This document shows positions 10,698-20,416 of a stretch of DNA of 64,000 bases, one piece after another. Within the stretch, counting starts at the first letter, position 1; every line of letters begins with the position of its first letter. The notes beneath the pieces are model-generated. The model searched no databases. It had not been told where the DNA came from and was given only the letters and a program-made list of their open reading frames with translations. This DNA comes from Minisyncoccota bacterium (lineage in GTDB: Bacteria; Patescibacteriota; Minisyncoccia; UBA6257; GWB1-50-10), in the NCBI GenBank assembly GCA_020059585.1, contig JAGVBU010000008.1, positions 22,163 to 86,162 on the forward strand, in the 5' to 3' direction. The translations under genes and the position numbers were made by a program.

Positions 10698-11882
10698 TTA
10701 TTGTTTTTCCTCCGCGGATTCCTGTTCTTTCGGAGCATCCGCCACTCCTCCTTCCTGTACCTCATCGGGATTCGATTGAGATCGAACATCAATCTTCCAC
10801 CCCGTAAGTCTCGCCGCGAGGCGTACATTCTGCCCACCCTTCCCTATTGCGAGAGAAAGCTGGTCTTCCGCGACAAGTACTCGAGCTTCCCGCCGAGGAA
10901 GCAATTCAACAAGCTTCACCTTCGCGGGCGAAAGTGAATGGGATATGAATTTCTCCACATCCTCAGACCATTCGACGATGTCTATTTTTTCATTTCCCAG
11001 CTCGTTGGTCACCGCCATCACGCGCATTCCTCGCTGCCCCACCGCCGATCCAACCGGATCCACTCCCTCCTGATTCGAGGCAACTGCAATTTTCGTCCTG
11101 CTTCCCGATTCACGCGCAATACCCTTTATTTCCACGATACTTTCCGCCATCTCGGGAATTTCAAGTTCGAATAATTTCACGACAAATCTCGGATGCGCGC
11201 GCGAAAGTATTATTCCGGGTCGGCGCGGATCGTCTTGTACCGCAAGAACAAAAAACCGCATACGCTGACCCACGCGATAATGCTCGCTTGGAATGCTCTC
11301 GTTGGGAAACATAATTCCAATCGCGCGTCCCAAATCCACATACACATTTCCGCGTTCAAACCGCTGAATGATACCGCTCACTATTTCCCCCTCTTTTCCC
11401 GAGAATTCCTGTTGTATTGATTTCCGTTCTGCCTCCCTAATACTTTGCAATATCACCTGCTTCGCGGTCTGCGCGGCAATGCGTCCAAAATCCGCGTGCA
11501 TCTCGAGCGGGAACTCCAATTCTTCTCCGATGACCGCGTCCTTTTTTATTTTCTTTGCATCAGCGAGAAAAATGTGGCGATCCTCGTTGTACCGCGGGAG
11601 CGCCGTTTCGTCCTCTTTCGTCTCTTTCTGTTCTTCCACCTCTTCCTCGTCGGCTACAATGCGCACTTCTTCGGGATCAACGACGGTTTTTATCTGCCAA
11701 AATTTTATATTTCCCGTAGAAAGATCGAACTTCGAGCGGATTACTTCGGTTTTTTTCCTGTATTCGCGCTTATACGCGGCGGCAATCGCCGATTCAACCG
11801 CCTCAAGCACGCGATCCGAAGGAATCCCCTTCTCCGCGGCGATCTGATCAATGGCAGTACCGAGTGATTTTATATCCATCAT
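10698..11882 (-). CDS. nusA: Transcription termination/antitermination factor NusA
   Basis: S1 and tandem KH domains; conserved GQNVRLAARLTGWKIDV. Confidence 0.85.
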   Translation of the reverse strand: MMDIKSLGTAIDQIAAEKGIPSDRVLEAVESAIAAAYKREYRKKTEVIRSKFDLSTGNIKFWQIKTVVDPEEVRIVADEEEVEEQKETKEDETALPRYNEDRHIFLADAKKIKKDAVIGEELEFPLEMHADFGRIAAQTAKQVILQSIREAERKSIQQEFSGKEGEIVSGIIQRFERGNVYVDLGRAIGIMFPNESIPSEHYRVGQRMRFFVLAVQDDPRRPGIILSRAHPRFVVKLFELEIPEMAESIVEIKGIARESGSRTKIAVASNQEGVDPVGSAVGQRGMRVMAVTNELGNEKIDIVEWSEDVEKFISHSLSPAKVKLVELLPRREARVLVAEDQLSLAIGKGGQNVRLAARLTGWKIDVRSQSNPDEVQEGGVADAPKEQESAEEKQ

Positions 11883-12146
11883 ATCTTTATTTATTTTTTT
11901 GACCTTTTTCCCTCTTGCGCGAGGTTTTTAATAAACATCCGCTCACAAGGAGCGGTCGTTTACGGTATGTGAATAGTCTACTCCCAAACACAAAATCAGT
12001 CAACAATCCTCATGTTATCCACAGGGCGCTATATGACCGCATAAATACAACACGGAAAGAGTTTTGTCTTTTTATGAAAATAAACGCGACAACAACACTA
12101 TATCTCCATAAAAATAAAAATCGTCCAAAAAACAGCAGAAAAAGCG

Positions 12147-12518
12147 CTAACAGACGTTTTCGTAGTGATGCGCCACAAAATCATTTCCCACTTTTGCGAG
12201 CGCAATGAGATCTAAACGAAATCCCACCCTATCATCCACAAGATTTTTTCTTGCGTTTGCATAAAGCGAAGAGGAATTCCTGAAATTGTTTATTTTTTGA
12301 GGCGTCATATGATCTTCCGGATGAAATCCTTCCGCGGAAAACTCTCTCGATGTTTTTACCTCAACAAACACAAGCGTTCCGTTTTTATCCCGCGCCACAA
12401 TATCTATTTCTCCGCAACGCATACGCGCGTTTTTCTCAATAATCTCGTATCCTTTCTTTTTCAGAAATTCGCACGCATACGCTTCTCCTTCAGCGCCAAG
12501 GTTGTTTTTCTCCTTCAT
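12147..12518 (-). CDS. yraN: YraN/UPF0102 family endonuclease-like protein
   Basis: 123 aa; conserved core CGEIDIVARDKNGTLVFVEVKTS. Confidence 0.65.
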   Translation of the reverse strand: MKEKNNLGAEGEAYACEFLKKKGYEIIEKNARMRCGEIDIVARDKNGTLVFVEVKTSREFSAEGFHPEDHMTPQKINNFRNSSSLYANARKNLVDDRVGFRLDLIALAKVGNDFVAHHYENVC

Positions 12519-12567
12519 TGTAATAAGTATACCTCTCCAAATGTTTCGATAAAAAAATATCTAAGGA

Positions 12568-12596
12568 TTGACAAATCTGAAACAATATTTTATTTT
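12568..12596 (+). promoter_or_regulatory. Sigma-70-like promoter candidate for the small-ORF pair at 12626
   Basis: Consensus -35 TTGACA, 17-nt spacer, -10 TATTTT; about 30 nt upstream of the ATG. Confidence 0.35.
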
Positions 12597-12625
12597 AATC
12601 TGAGCATCTTTAACAAGGACTCCAT

Positions 12626-12862
12626 ATGGACGCTATCCATTCATTTAAAGACATTCCTCTTTCGCGTATCCAAATCCACCGTTTTGGCGCAACTATCTTC
12701 CATTGCGGAAAGGTTATGAAAAATGTTTCTGTTTCCAGATTTATGCAATGTGAGAAATGCAAAAAAACAATCATGAAAGAACTAAGAAGGTTTTTCGAAT
12801 GTCCACAATGCGGAGAAATAATACCCATTTATACATTAAAAAGAAAAGGAGGTACTCCGTGA
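12626..12862 (+). CDS. Small zinc-ribbon protein (hypothetical)
   Basis: 78 aa with two CxxC pairs (CEKCKK ... CPQCGE); stop overlaps next start (GTGA). Confidence 0.3.
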   Translation: MDAIHSFKDIPLSRIQIHRFGATIFHCGKVMKNVSVSRFMQCEKCKKTIMKELRRFFECPQCGEIIPIYTLKRKGGTP

Positions 12863-13125
12863 TTGAAACTATTGTTTTCTTTTTTATCGTACTCATTACC
12901 CTCTTTGGATATTTTTGGAATGAGGAGAGAAGAAAGATTTATATTCTTCTTTCTATCATCTCAGGTATCGTTGTCTACTTTCTGGTTCCGAAAGGATCGG
13001 AGATGTATATTCTTATGATAATTATGTGTGTATTATTCTTTTTCGGGCATACGTTTATAAAAAAGGCAGTTCTTCTCTTTATGTTAGGGATAGGGAATGT
13101 GCCTGACGGCGAAAAAGAGGAATAA
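12859..13125 (+). CDS. Small two-helix membrane protein (hypothetical)
   Basis: GTG start 5 nt after strong SD AAAGGAGGT; GTGA start/stop overlap with upstream ORF; followed by terminator. Confidence 0.35.
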   Translation: MIETIVFFFIVLITLFGYFWNEERRKIYILLSIISGIVVYFLVPKGSEMYILMIIMCVLFFFGHTFIKKAVLLFMLGIGNVPDGEKEE

Positions 13126-13130
13126 ATTTT

Positions 13131-13160
13131 TAAAAACACCAGATTAATGGTGTTTTTTTT
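13131..13160 (+). terminator. Rho-independent terminator
   Basis: Stem ACACC/GGTGT with 8-nt loop followed by TTTTTTTT, immediately after the stop at 13125. Confidence 0.55.
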
Positions 13161-13202
13161 AAAGAAATAAAAAATTAATTTTTATATGTAAATTTATGTG
13201 TA

Positions 13203-13358
13203 AAAATGTTTATCGGTAAACAATTTTTTCGCCTATTTTTGAAAAATGTAGGTTTTATCGCATTATCAGGTTGTTTATACAAAATGTTTATCGGTAAACA
13301 ATTTTGGGTCATTTTTAATAAAATGTAGGTTTTATCGCATTATCAGGTTGTTAAAAAA
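13203..13358. repeat. Tandem direct repeat, 2 copies of ~78 bp
   Basis: AAAATGTTTATCGGTAAACAATTTT and AAATGTAGGTTTTATCGCATTATCAGGTTGTT each occur twice with period 78; each copy holds the inverted repeat TGTTTA-tcgg-TAAACA. Confidence 0.6.
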
Positions 13359-13450
13359 TTAACCAGTTTTTCTTGATTTTTTCTGTTTTTGAATTTTACA
13401 CAAAAAAAGACCACAAAACGGGCATTTTCTAGATTTCCTATAAACGAGGT

Positions 13451-14131
13451 TTACTTTATTGTTTCTATCCAGACCTTCCCATCCGCAAACGCGATATATG
13501 AAACGGGGGAGTCGGCCCAGGATCCCGAGTTCAGATATCGAACTCCATGTACTACCGTATCCATAGGCTGGTGAGTGTGTCCGCACACCACGTTCTTTAT
13601 GTTTTTATTCAGCGCGTGCGCCGCGGCCCCGCGCGCGACCCTCTTCGAAAGACGTAGCCACGATTTGTATCTTCGTTTTACGAACCTGCTTACAATCTGT
13701 TTCTTCCCCTCAATCTTCTGCAAAAGGCGGTAGGGCACCCCCATCGTCGTTCCCACTATCTCATTTTTTATGAGAAAACGGTCAAATTGATGTCCGTGTA
13801 TCGCAAGATACCGTTCCCCGTTATATGAGAATATATATTCGGAACAAACTTGCGCTCCAACAAGCATAAAGAAGTTCTTCGTGGAAACATCATGATTTCC
13901 CGCAATCCATATTATTTCCGTTCCGTTCCCCGACCTCTCGCGGAGAAGCGAAAGAAATTCCCAGTCCTCATTATGCAAACGGCGCGAATTCGCGCTGTCA
14001 AAGATATCTCCATTCAAAATTATTTTTTTTATCGTCCGTCCACTGAGAAATTCAGTGAGCTCTTTCACGCGCGACATATCAGATCCAAGATGCACATCTG
14101 AAACCACAAGAACGTCTAAGTGAGTGTCCAT
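13451..14131 (-). CDS. Calcineurin-like metallophosphoesterase (LpxH/YfcE-like)
   Basis: Metallophosphoesterase motifs DVHLG, GDIFD, GNHD, GHTH in canonical order. Confidence 0.6.
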   Translation of the reverse strand: MDTHLDVLVVSDVHLGSDMSRVKELTEFLSGRTIKKIILNGDIFDSANSRRLHNEDWEFLSLLRERSGNGTEIIWIAGNHDVSTKNFFMLVGAQVCSEYIFSYNGERYLAIHGHQFDRFLIKNEIVGTTMGVPYRLLQKIEGKKQIVSRFVKRRYKSWLRLSKRVARGAAAHALNKNIKNVVCGHTHQPMDTVVHGVRYLNSGSWADSPVSYIAFADGKVWIETIK

Positions 14132-14145
14132 AAATATAAAAACAC

Positions 14146-15483
14146 TTAGAGTGTACGTGATTTAATAACGCGCGTCAAAGCATTCATTTCTTTCTTTGTT
14201 GTTGCCGCGATAAAAAAGCGAATAAGCGGTTCCGTATTCGCGGGACGCACATTAATCCACGAGGTTTTAAAGATAAATGTTTTTCCATCGGTAAAGTCTA
14301 TCTTCTTTGCCTTTGCGGTTAAAAGACTTTCTATACGCGCAATATCAAGATTTATCAATGGTATGTTTACAAGATTAATAAATAAAGAGGGGAGCTGATC
14401 AAAAAACTTTCCCAATGATCCCTCTTCGTTTGAAAGCGCGGAAAGAAGGGTCATTGCGGCAAGAATTCCCGAGTCGGCAAAGAAAAAGTCTCTGAAATAA
14501 TAGTGTCCCGAATATTCTCCCGCAACCGAGGCGTTCTCTTTTCTCATCTTCTCCTTTATAAAATACGTACCCACTTTCGTCTTGAAAATTTTTCCTGAAA
14601 ATCCCACGCTCCTCAACATGTGATACATCAATATCTCACTCACAAAGGGCTCTTTAAAAACCTTAAGAAAAAGGAACATAGCGGCATATGAGGGAATTAA
14701 TCTTCCTTTTGCGTCTACAAAAAATACCCTGTCCGCATCGGCATCAAATGCAATTCCAATGTCTGCCCCTATGTCTCTCACTTTACGCGCAAGGGGAGTA
14801 AGCGCTCCGGAAGCAAGGGGGTTAGGATTCCTCTTTGGAAAACGTCCGTCGGGATTGGAAAAAAGAAAATACGCATCGATGTTCTTTACGCGCGGGATAA
14901 GCTTTCTCAATACGATACCCGCAACGCCGTTTCCGCAATCGAATATTACGCGCATTGGCCTCTTTATCTTTGTATATGATTCCAGAAAATCTACGTATTC
15001 CGGAATGACATTTTTCCGAATCACCGTTCCTCGTGTTTTTTCTTTTTTCCATTCTTTTTTTTGCATACGCGCGCGCATTACCTCCCTTCCTATCTCCCTC
15101 CCTCCAATCATGCGCGCACCCTTTCCAACCACCTTAAAACCATTCCACTCTCTTGGATTATGCGATGCGGTCACCATAATCCCCCCCGCGGCACGATGCG
15201 TATTCACGGCAAAATAGAACATGGGGGTCGTAGCCATACCTATAGTCCACACGGAAAAATTTTTGTTTTTTCTCAGTTCATCTTGAAGCGCGCGGAAAAG
15301 AGCGGGGGAACTGATACGCGCATCGTACCCGATTATCACAACGCCCTTTTTTACTATCTTTCCGAACGCGCGAGCGACGCAACGAGCCGTCTCGGTATTA
15401 AGATCGCGCCCATATACCCCGCGGACGTCGTACGTCCTGAATATCGAATCATCCATTACATTGAATTTTATTCCAATGTGCAC
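14146..15483 (-). CDS. Phosphohexose mutase family (phosphoglucosamine/phosphomannomutase)
   Basis: Active-site serine loop TASHNPREWNGFK; 445 aa, four-domain PGM/PMM length. Confidence 0.7.
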   Translation of the reverse strand: MHIGIKFNVMDDSIFRTYDVRGVYGRDLNTETARCVARAFGKIVKKGVVIIGYDARISSPALFRALQDELRKNKNFSVWTIGMATTPMFYFAVNTHRAAGGIMVTASHNPREWNGFKVVGKGARMIGGREIGREVMRARMQKKEWKKEKTRGTVIRKNVIPEYVDFLESYTKIKRPMRVIFDCGNGVAGIVLRKLIPRVKNIDAYFLFSNPDGRFPKRNPNPLASGALTPLARKVRDIGADIGIAFDADADRVFFVDAKGRLIPSYAAMFLFLKVFKEPFVSEILMYHMLRSVGFSGKIFKTKVGTYFIKEKMRKENASVAGEYSGHYYFRDFFFADSGILAAMTLLSALSNEEGSLGKFFDQLPSLFINLVNIPLINLDIARIESLLTAKAKKIDFTDGKTFIFKTSWINVRPANTEPLIRFFIAATTKKEMNALTRVIKSRTL

Positions 15484-15506
15484 TTTAATGAAATAGTATC
15501 AATTAT

Positions 15507-17606
15507 ATGAGCAGATCAAAAAAGAACGGGAAACGGAAAGAACAGCGAACGCCACAATCCCAGCAAAGGATAACTATTCGTGAATCAATCCACCCTGATA
15601 TCGCAAAGACCATTATGGTCGTTTTTTTCTTGGGTATCGCCGTACTCTTTATTCTCGCGGGAGTCGGACAGGCGGGGCCATGGGGAGAAGCATCATATCA
15701 CGGACTTTCAAAACTCTTTGGTCTTGGATATTTCCTTTTTCCCCTCATCTTCTTCATTCTCGCGTTCTCTTTTATTTCAAAAGAGGCTTATGAAGACAAT
15801 CGCGTTATTGGCATCACCGCGGGTGCAAGCATATTTCTTTTTCTCTCAGGGCTCGGACTCATTGACCTCATTCTTCCGGACCGCGGGGGATTTGTAGGAA
15901 AATTTGTCGGATCTCTCGAATCTCCATTTGGAATTCCCGCGGCCTTCGTCATTATGCTCGTGGTAGTGATTATCTCATTTCTTGTCGCGTTAAATCGTCC
16001 CCTTAATTTGAATCTTTTCTCATTAAAGAAAAAAAGAGAGATTGAGCCTGAAGAAAAGAAAGTGGCGATAACGCTTCCTGAGGCAATACCCACTTCCACT
16101 AAAAAAGAAGAAGAAAAACCGAAAGAAAAAAAGAGAGATGAGGAGGAAAAGAAAATGACTACTATGGACGACATTCCATCACTCTCCGAAGGAAAGGCAA
16201 AACCGATAAAAAACTATGTCGCGCCGCCCCTCTCACTTCTTTCATCCGTCGTTGAGAAACCGACGATCGGCGATCTCCACGCGAACGCAAATATCATCAA
16301 ACGCACTCTTGAAAGTTTCGGCATTTCCGTTGAGATGGGAGAGATAAACGTAGGACCGACGGTCACGCGCTATACATTGAAACCCGCCGAAGGCGTACGC
16401 CTTTCCCGCATTCTTGCGCTCGGACAGGATCTTGCGCTTGCGCTTGCGGCGCATCCGATCCGCATTGAGGCGCCGATCCCTGGAAAATCCCTCGTCGGCA
16501 TTGAGGTTCCAAACAAGGCCGCGGCAACAGTACGCCTTGGAAGCATTCTCCTTTATCCTGAATTCCAAAAGCTTGGCGCTCTCGCGTTCGGACTCGGAAG
16601 AAATGTGAGCGGAGAACCAATCTTCCAAGACATCGGAAAAATGCCTCATCTTCTTGTCGCGGGAGCAACCGGGAGCGGAAAATCAATCACGCTTCATGCC
16701 GTACTTCTTTCTCTTTTATTTAAAAACTCTCCTGAGATGCTTCAATTTATTATGGTGGATCCCAAACGCGTCGAGCTTTCGATATATGGGGGCATTCCGC
16801 ATCTTTTAACCCCCGTGATCACCGACAATAAAAAAGCTCTCGGTGCGCTTCGGTGGGCAATACAGGAAATGGATCGCCGCTATCAGCTTCTCCTCGAATC
16901 CGGATCGCGTGATATAAAAAGCTATCACAAAAACCACGGAAGTCTTCCTTATATCATTATTGTCATTGATGAACTTGCTGATCTTATGTCCTCATACGGC
17001 AGGGAGGTGGAGGGCGCCATTATTCGGCTTGCCCAGATGGCACGCGCAACGGGAATTCATCTCATTGTTTCAACTCAACGCCCTTCGGTTGAGGTCATCA
17101 CTGGGCTTATTAAGGCAAACATTACGACGCGCATCGCGCTTCAGGTCGCGAGTCAGATTGATTCCCGCACCATTATCGATAGCGCAGGCGCCGAAAAACT
17201 TCTTGGGCGAGGCGATCTTCTCTTTGTTTCCGCCGAACTCTCAAAACCAAAACGCGTGCAAGGAGCCTTTATTACCGAGGACGAAATAAAGAGCGTCGTC
17301 AGTTTTATAAAGAAAAATAATCAAACACTCACCTCGGAACATATAAACACCACGACTCTTGAAGAAGCGAATGATCGGCCATCTTTGAATTTCGAGGATT
17401 TTGAGGCAAAAGGAGATGGTGACGATGATGAATTATACGAAGAGGCGGTTGAGGTGATACGAAACGCGGGAAAAGCATCCGCGTCTCTTCTCCAGCGCAG
17501 ACTTAAAGTCGGATACGCCCGCGCGGCCCGTCTTCTTGATATGATGGAGGAACGAGGCGTAGTGGGACCCGGTGATGGCGCAAAACCGAGAGACGTACTC
17601 TTATAA
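15507..17606 (+). CDS. ftsK: DNA translocase FtsK/SpoIIIE
   Basis: N-terminal TM segments, Walker A GATGSGKS, Walker B IIVIDELADL, C-terminal winged-helix gamma domain (LYEEAVEVIRNAGKASASLLQRRLKVGYARAARLLDMME). Confidence 0.85.
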   Translation: MSRSKKNGKRKEQRTPQSQQRITIRESIHPDIAKTIMVVFFLGIAVLFILAGVGQAGPWGEASYHGLSKLFGLGYFLFPLIFFILAFSFISKEAYEDNRVIGITAGASIFLFLSGLGLIDLILPDRGGFVGKFVGSLESPFGIPAAFVIMLVVVIISFLVALNRPLNLNLFSLKKKREIEPEEKKVAITLPEAIPTSTKKEEEKPKEKKRDEEEKKMTTMDDIPSLSEGKAKPIKNYVAPPLSLLSSVVEKPTIGDLHANANIIKRTLESFGISVEMGEINVGPTVTRYTLKPAEGVRLSRILALGQDLALALAAHPIRIEAPIPGKSLVGIEVPNKAAATVRLGSILLYPEFQKLGALAFGLGRNVSGEPIFQDIGKMPHLLVAGATGSGKSITLHAVLLSLLFKNSPEMLQFIMVDPKRVELSIYGGIPHLLTPVITDNKKALGALRWAIQEMDRRYQLLLESGSRDIKSYHKNHGSLPYIIIVIDELADLMSSYGREVEGAIIRLAQMARATGIHLIVSTQRPSVEVITGLIKANITTRIALQVASQIDSRTIIDSAGAEKLLGRGDLLFVSAELSKPKRVQGAFITEDEIKSVVSFIKKNNQTLTSEHINTTTLEEANDRPSLNFEDFEAKGDGDDDELYEEAVEVIRNAGKASASLLQRRLKVGYARAARLLDMMEERGVVGPGDGAKPRDVLL

Positions 17607-17628
17607 AAAGAAATTACACGCGCTCTTT

Positions 17629-17656
17629 GCCAGCCCATCTATTGCGATGGGCTGGC
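17629..17656 (+). terminator. Stem-loop after ftsK (weak T-tract)
   Basis: 11-bp stem GCCAGCCCATC/GATGGGCTGGC with 6-nt loop. Confidence 0.4.
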
Positions 17657-17696
17657 GAGTATTGAGTGTTCATGATAAAGAATATACTATAAACGC

Positions 17697-18428
17697 ATGG
17701 AGGAACGTTCCGCATCAGAAATATTCACCGACGCCATGAAAGCAAAGGGGCTTTCGGTGGAAAAGCTCGCGCAAATAACCGGAATTTCCGACCGATTTCT
17801 CTCGTTACTCCTCGATGATCGGTTCGATAAACTTCCTTCGGCGCCGTACGTTCACGGATATATACTCAAGATAGCGGAAACTCTCAATCTCGACGGAGAA
17901 GAGTTGTGGCGAACATATTTTAAACACACGGGAATCGTCAAAAAATCAGGAGCAGAAGACGCGCTCCCCAAGAACAGATTTCGTTCGCACGTGATAAACA
18001 AGAAGGTGTTTCTGTGGGGTGTATTCATATTTTTCGTGGCCGCGTACGTGCTTACCCAGCTTTTCTCATTTTTTAAAAATCCAGGCGTCTTTCTCGAGGG
18101 TATTGATGATAATACCGTAGTCACGACATCCTCGTTCCATCTCATAGGTAAAGCCGATCCCAAAGACAATATTATATTAAACGGAGAACAATTATATCCG
18201 CGAGACGACGGATCATTCGAAAAAAACCTTATACTCGCTCCAGGATTTAACACTCTCACATTTGAAGTAAAAAAATTCCTAGGGAAGGAATACTCTTTTG
18301 AAAGACAGTTGTTTTACGAAGCGCCCACAAGCACAGAACGCGAACCAATAATCGAAGAAGCGGAAGTTGAAGAATCAGGAGGGGGATCCTCTTTGGAAGA
18401 TAGTACCGAAACTTCAGACGGGTTATAA
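17697..18428 (+). CDS. RodZ-like HTH membrane protein
   Basis: N-terminal XRE-type HTH ([20 protein letters not shown]), single TM helix, C-terminal extracytoplasmic domain. Confidence 0.45.
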   Translation: MEERSASEIFTDAMKAKGLSVEKLAQITGISDRFLSLLLDDRFDKLPSAPYVHGYILKIAETLNLDGEELWRTYFKHTGIVKKSGAEDALPKNRFRSHVINKKVFLWGVFIFFVAAYVLTQLFSFFKNPGVFLEGIDDNTVVTTSSFHLIGKADPKDNIILNGEQLYPRDDGSFEKNLILAPGFNTLTFEVKKFLGKEYSFERQLFYEAPTSTEREPIIEEAEVEESGGGSSLEDSTETSDGL

Positions 18429-18435
18429 TAGCCCT

Positions 18436-19482
18436 ATGGCATTCAAAAAGAAACAAAAAGAAGATAAAAAGGAGCAGCATTCCGTCGGAGACATCACTTC
18501 GCTTATGGAATCGCTTCAATCAAGATTTGGAGAAGGCTCTGTAATGACGCTCGGGAGCCAACTCCACACAAAGGTAGAAACCGTTCCCTCCGGATCATTC
18601 TCTCTTGATATTGCGCTAGGAGGAGGATTTCCAAAAGGGAGAGTCATAGAAATTTTCGGTCCTGAGAGTTCCGGAAAGACGACGCTTGCCCTTCATGCAA
18701 TCGCGGAAGTTCAAAAAAAAGGGGGGAGGGCCGCTTTTATTGACGCGGAACACGCGCTCGATCCTGAATATGCCGCGAAGATAGGGGTAAAAGTTAAAGA
18801 TCTCATTATTTCACAACCAGACAATGGAGAGGAGGCTTTAAACATTCTCGAAAGCGTCGTTCGATCAGGAATTATTAGTATCGTCGTCGTAGATTCTGTT
18901 GCCGCACTCACACCTCGCGCTGAAATAGAAGGAGAGATGGGAGCGTCTCATGTTGGACTCCAAGCTCGTCTTCTTTCGCAAGCACTTCGTAAGCTCACCG
19001 CGATCGCCGCAAAAACAGGGACAATTATCATATTCATCAATCAGCTCCGCATGAAGATTGGAATTATGTTCGGGAATCCGGAAACCACTCCGGGAGGCAT
19101 GGCACTTAAGTTTTACGCATCAGTGCGAGTAGACGTGCGCCGTATCGCGCAGGTGAAAAAAGGAGAAGACGTTATAGGAAACCGCACGAAAGCAAAGGTG
19201 GTAAAAAATAAGGTTGCTCCTCCGTTTAAAATTGCTGAATTTGATATTATGTACGGGGAAGGAATTTCGTATGAAGCTGACGTTCTTACTACGGCACTCA
19301 AATATGGCGTCGTGACGAAAGCAGGCGCAAGTTTCTCGTTTGACACGGAAAAGCTCGGTGTCGGCTTTGATAATGTAAGAATAAAGCTTAAAGAAGAAAA
19401 GAAGCTTCTTGAATCCATAAAAAAGAAAACAAAAGAAATGTCTGAGAAAAAGATAGTAGTAGGGGAAATAGAGGAAAAATAA
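18436..19482 (+). CDS. recA: Recombinase RecA
   Basis: Walker [11 protein letters not shown]1/L2 loops, RecA signature [14 protein letters not shown]; start at internal ATG just after upstream stop. Confidence 0.9.
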   Translation: MAFKKKQKEDKKEQHSVGDITSLMESLQSRFGEGSVMTLGSQLHTKVETVPSGSFSLDIALGGGFPKGRVIEIFGPESSGKTTLALHAIAEVQKKGGRAAFIDAEHALDPEYAAKIGVKVKDLIISQPDNGEEALNILESVVRSGIISIVVVDSVAALTPRAEIEGEMGASHVGLQARLLSQALRKLTAIAAKTGTIIIFINQLRMKIGIMFGNPETTPGGMALKFYASVRVDVRRIAQVKKGEDVIGNRTKAKVVKNKVAPPFKIAEFDIMYGEGISYEADVLTTALKYGVVTKAGASFSFDTEKLGVGFDNVRIKLKEEKKLLESIKKKTKEMSEKKIVVGEIEEK

Positions 19483-19528
19483 AAAATCCCCCGCCAAAAC
19501 TTTTAAATATTGGCGGGGGATTTTTTTA
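19481..19528. terminator. Bidirectional rho-independent terminator between recA and folD
   Basis: 12-bp stem ATCCCCCGCCAA/TTGGCGGGGGAT flanked by A- and T-tracts. Confidence 0.6.
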
Positions 19529-19529
19529 A

Positions 19530-20351
19530 TTAATTTTTTTCTTGAGATGACGTTACAAAGAAATTTTCCATAAGTTTCATTACGAGAATAGGCCCCGTTC
19601 CACCCGGAGTGGGGGTATATGATATCGAAGATTCTTCTGGAAGCGATTCCGCGTCGAAATCTCCGCACAGCTCCCCGTCTTCCTTTCCATATCCGAAATC
19701 AATTATGTACGCATCCTTCTTTACCATATCAGGGCGTATAAGCTTCGGAATTCCCGTTCCTAATATCACGATATCCACGTGACGCAACACTTCAAAATCG
19801 TCTCCTTTTTTAAGGATAATAAGTTTCTTGCATTTTTCCTTAAGCCATAAGGAAACAGGAGTACCTATGAGCCTTCCCGTCCCCACTACCGCGACAATTT
19901 TTTCTTTCATCGGAAGGTGTCTCGTTATTTCAAAGACCACTCCCGCGGGCGGTGGAATAATGAAACTCATCCCATCACGAAAATCTGCGCGGGCGTTCGT
20001 ACTTAGCACGTCAACATCTTTCTCTTTGGGAATCGAATCGAGTATGTATTGAGTATCATACGCGCAAGGAAGGGGAAGTTGCACAAGCGCGCCACCGCAC
20101 GCATCTTCTCCCACAATATCCTGTATTTTTTTCCTCAATTGATCACTTGTTGTCGCATTTTCAGAAAAATTATATCTGCGGAAATCAATACCAAGTTCTC
20201 GGGCGACTTTCTCTTTCTGGTGTATAAAACTTTTCGACGCCGCGTCATCTCCCACAGAAAACACAGCGAGAAATTTATCCGTATGCTCTTTCCGGAGACG
20301 CGCGGCAATGTGTTCCGCGATGCTTTTTCCATCGACAATCATATGAACCAA
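19530..20351 (-). CDS. folD: Bifunctional methylenetetrahydrofolate dehydrogenase/cyclohydrolase
   Basis: FolD motifs VVGTGRLIGTPVSLWL and TPTPGGTGPILVMKLMEN. Confidence 0.85.
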   Translation of the reverse strand: MVHMIVDGKSIAEHIAARLRKEHTDKFLAVFSVGDDAASKSFIHQKEKVARELGIDFRRYNFSENATTSDQLRKKIQDIVGEDACGGALVQLPLPCAYDTQYILDSIPKEKDVDVLSTNARADFRDGMSFIIPPPAGVVFEITRHLPMKEKIVAVVGTGRLIGTPVSLWLKEKCKKLIILKKGDDFEVLRHVDIVILGTGIPKLIRPDMVKKDAYIIDFGYGKEDGELCGDFDAESLPEESSISYTPTPGGTGPILVMKLMENFFVTSSQEKN

Positions 20352-20371
20352 TCATACAGTTGTCTTTTCGT

Positions 20372-20406
20372 TTCTTCAAATAAAAACCCCGCAGGAAATG
20401 CGGGGA
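20372..20406 (-). terminator. Rho-independent terminator downstream of the 20417..21790 gene
   Basis: Stem CCCCGCA/TGCGGGG, 5-nt loop; T-tract on the minus strand. Confidence 0.5.
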
Positions 20407-20416
20407 ATGTATTTTG

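Noticed and set aside
12015-12023. Second perfect DnaA box TTATCCACA upstream of nusA as evidence of an origin
   Set aside because: A single perfect 9-mer is expected about 0.5 times by chance in 128 kb of two-strand sequence. There is no cluster of boxes and no AT-rich unwinding element.
11915-12208. 97-aa ORF upstream of nusA
   Set aside because: It lies in the nusA 5' leader and yraN 3' region with low-complexity translation. It is more likely a non-coding leader containing a stem-loop (CCGCTC/GAGCGG).
13203-13358. CRISPR array
   Set aside because: Only two copies, a 78-bp period with non-uniform spacer-like segments, and no cas genes anywhere in the window.
15507-17606. FtsK/SpoIIIE-family ATPase as the missing VirD4 coupling protein of the T4SS-like system
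   Set aside because: It has N-terminal multi-TM, a linker and a C-terminal gamma winged-helix domain typical of chromosomal FtsK. It lies 30 kb from the cluster next to recA.
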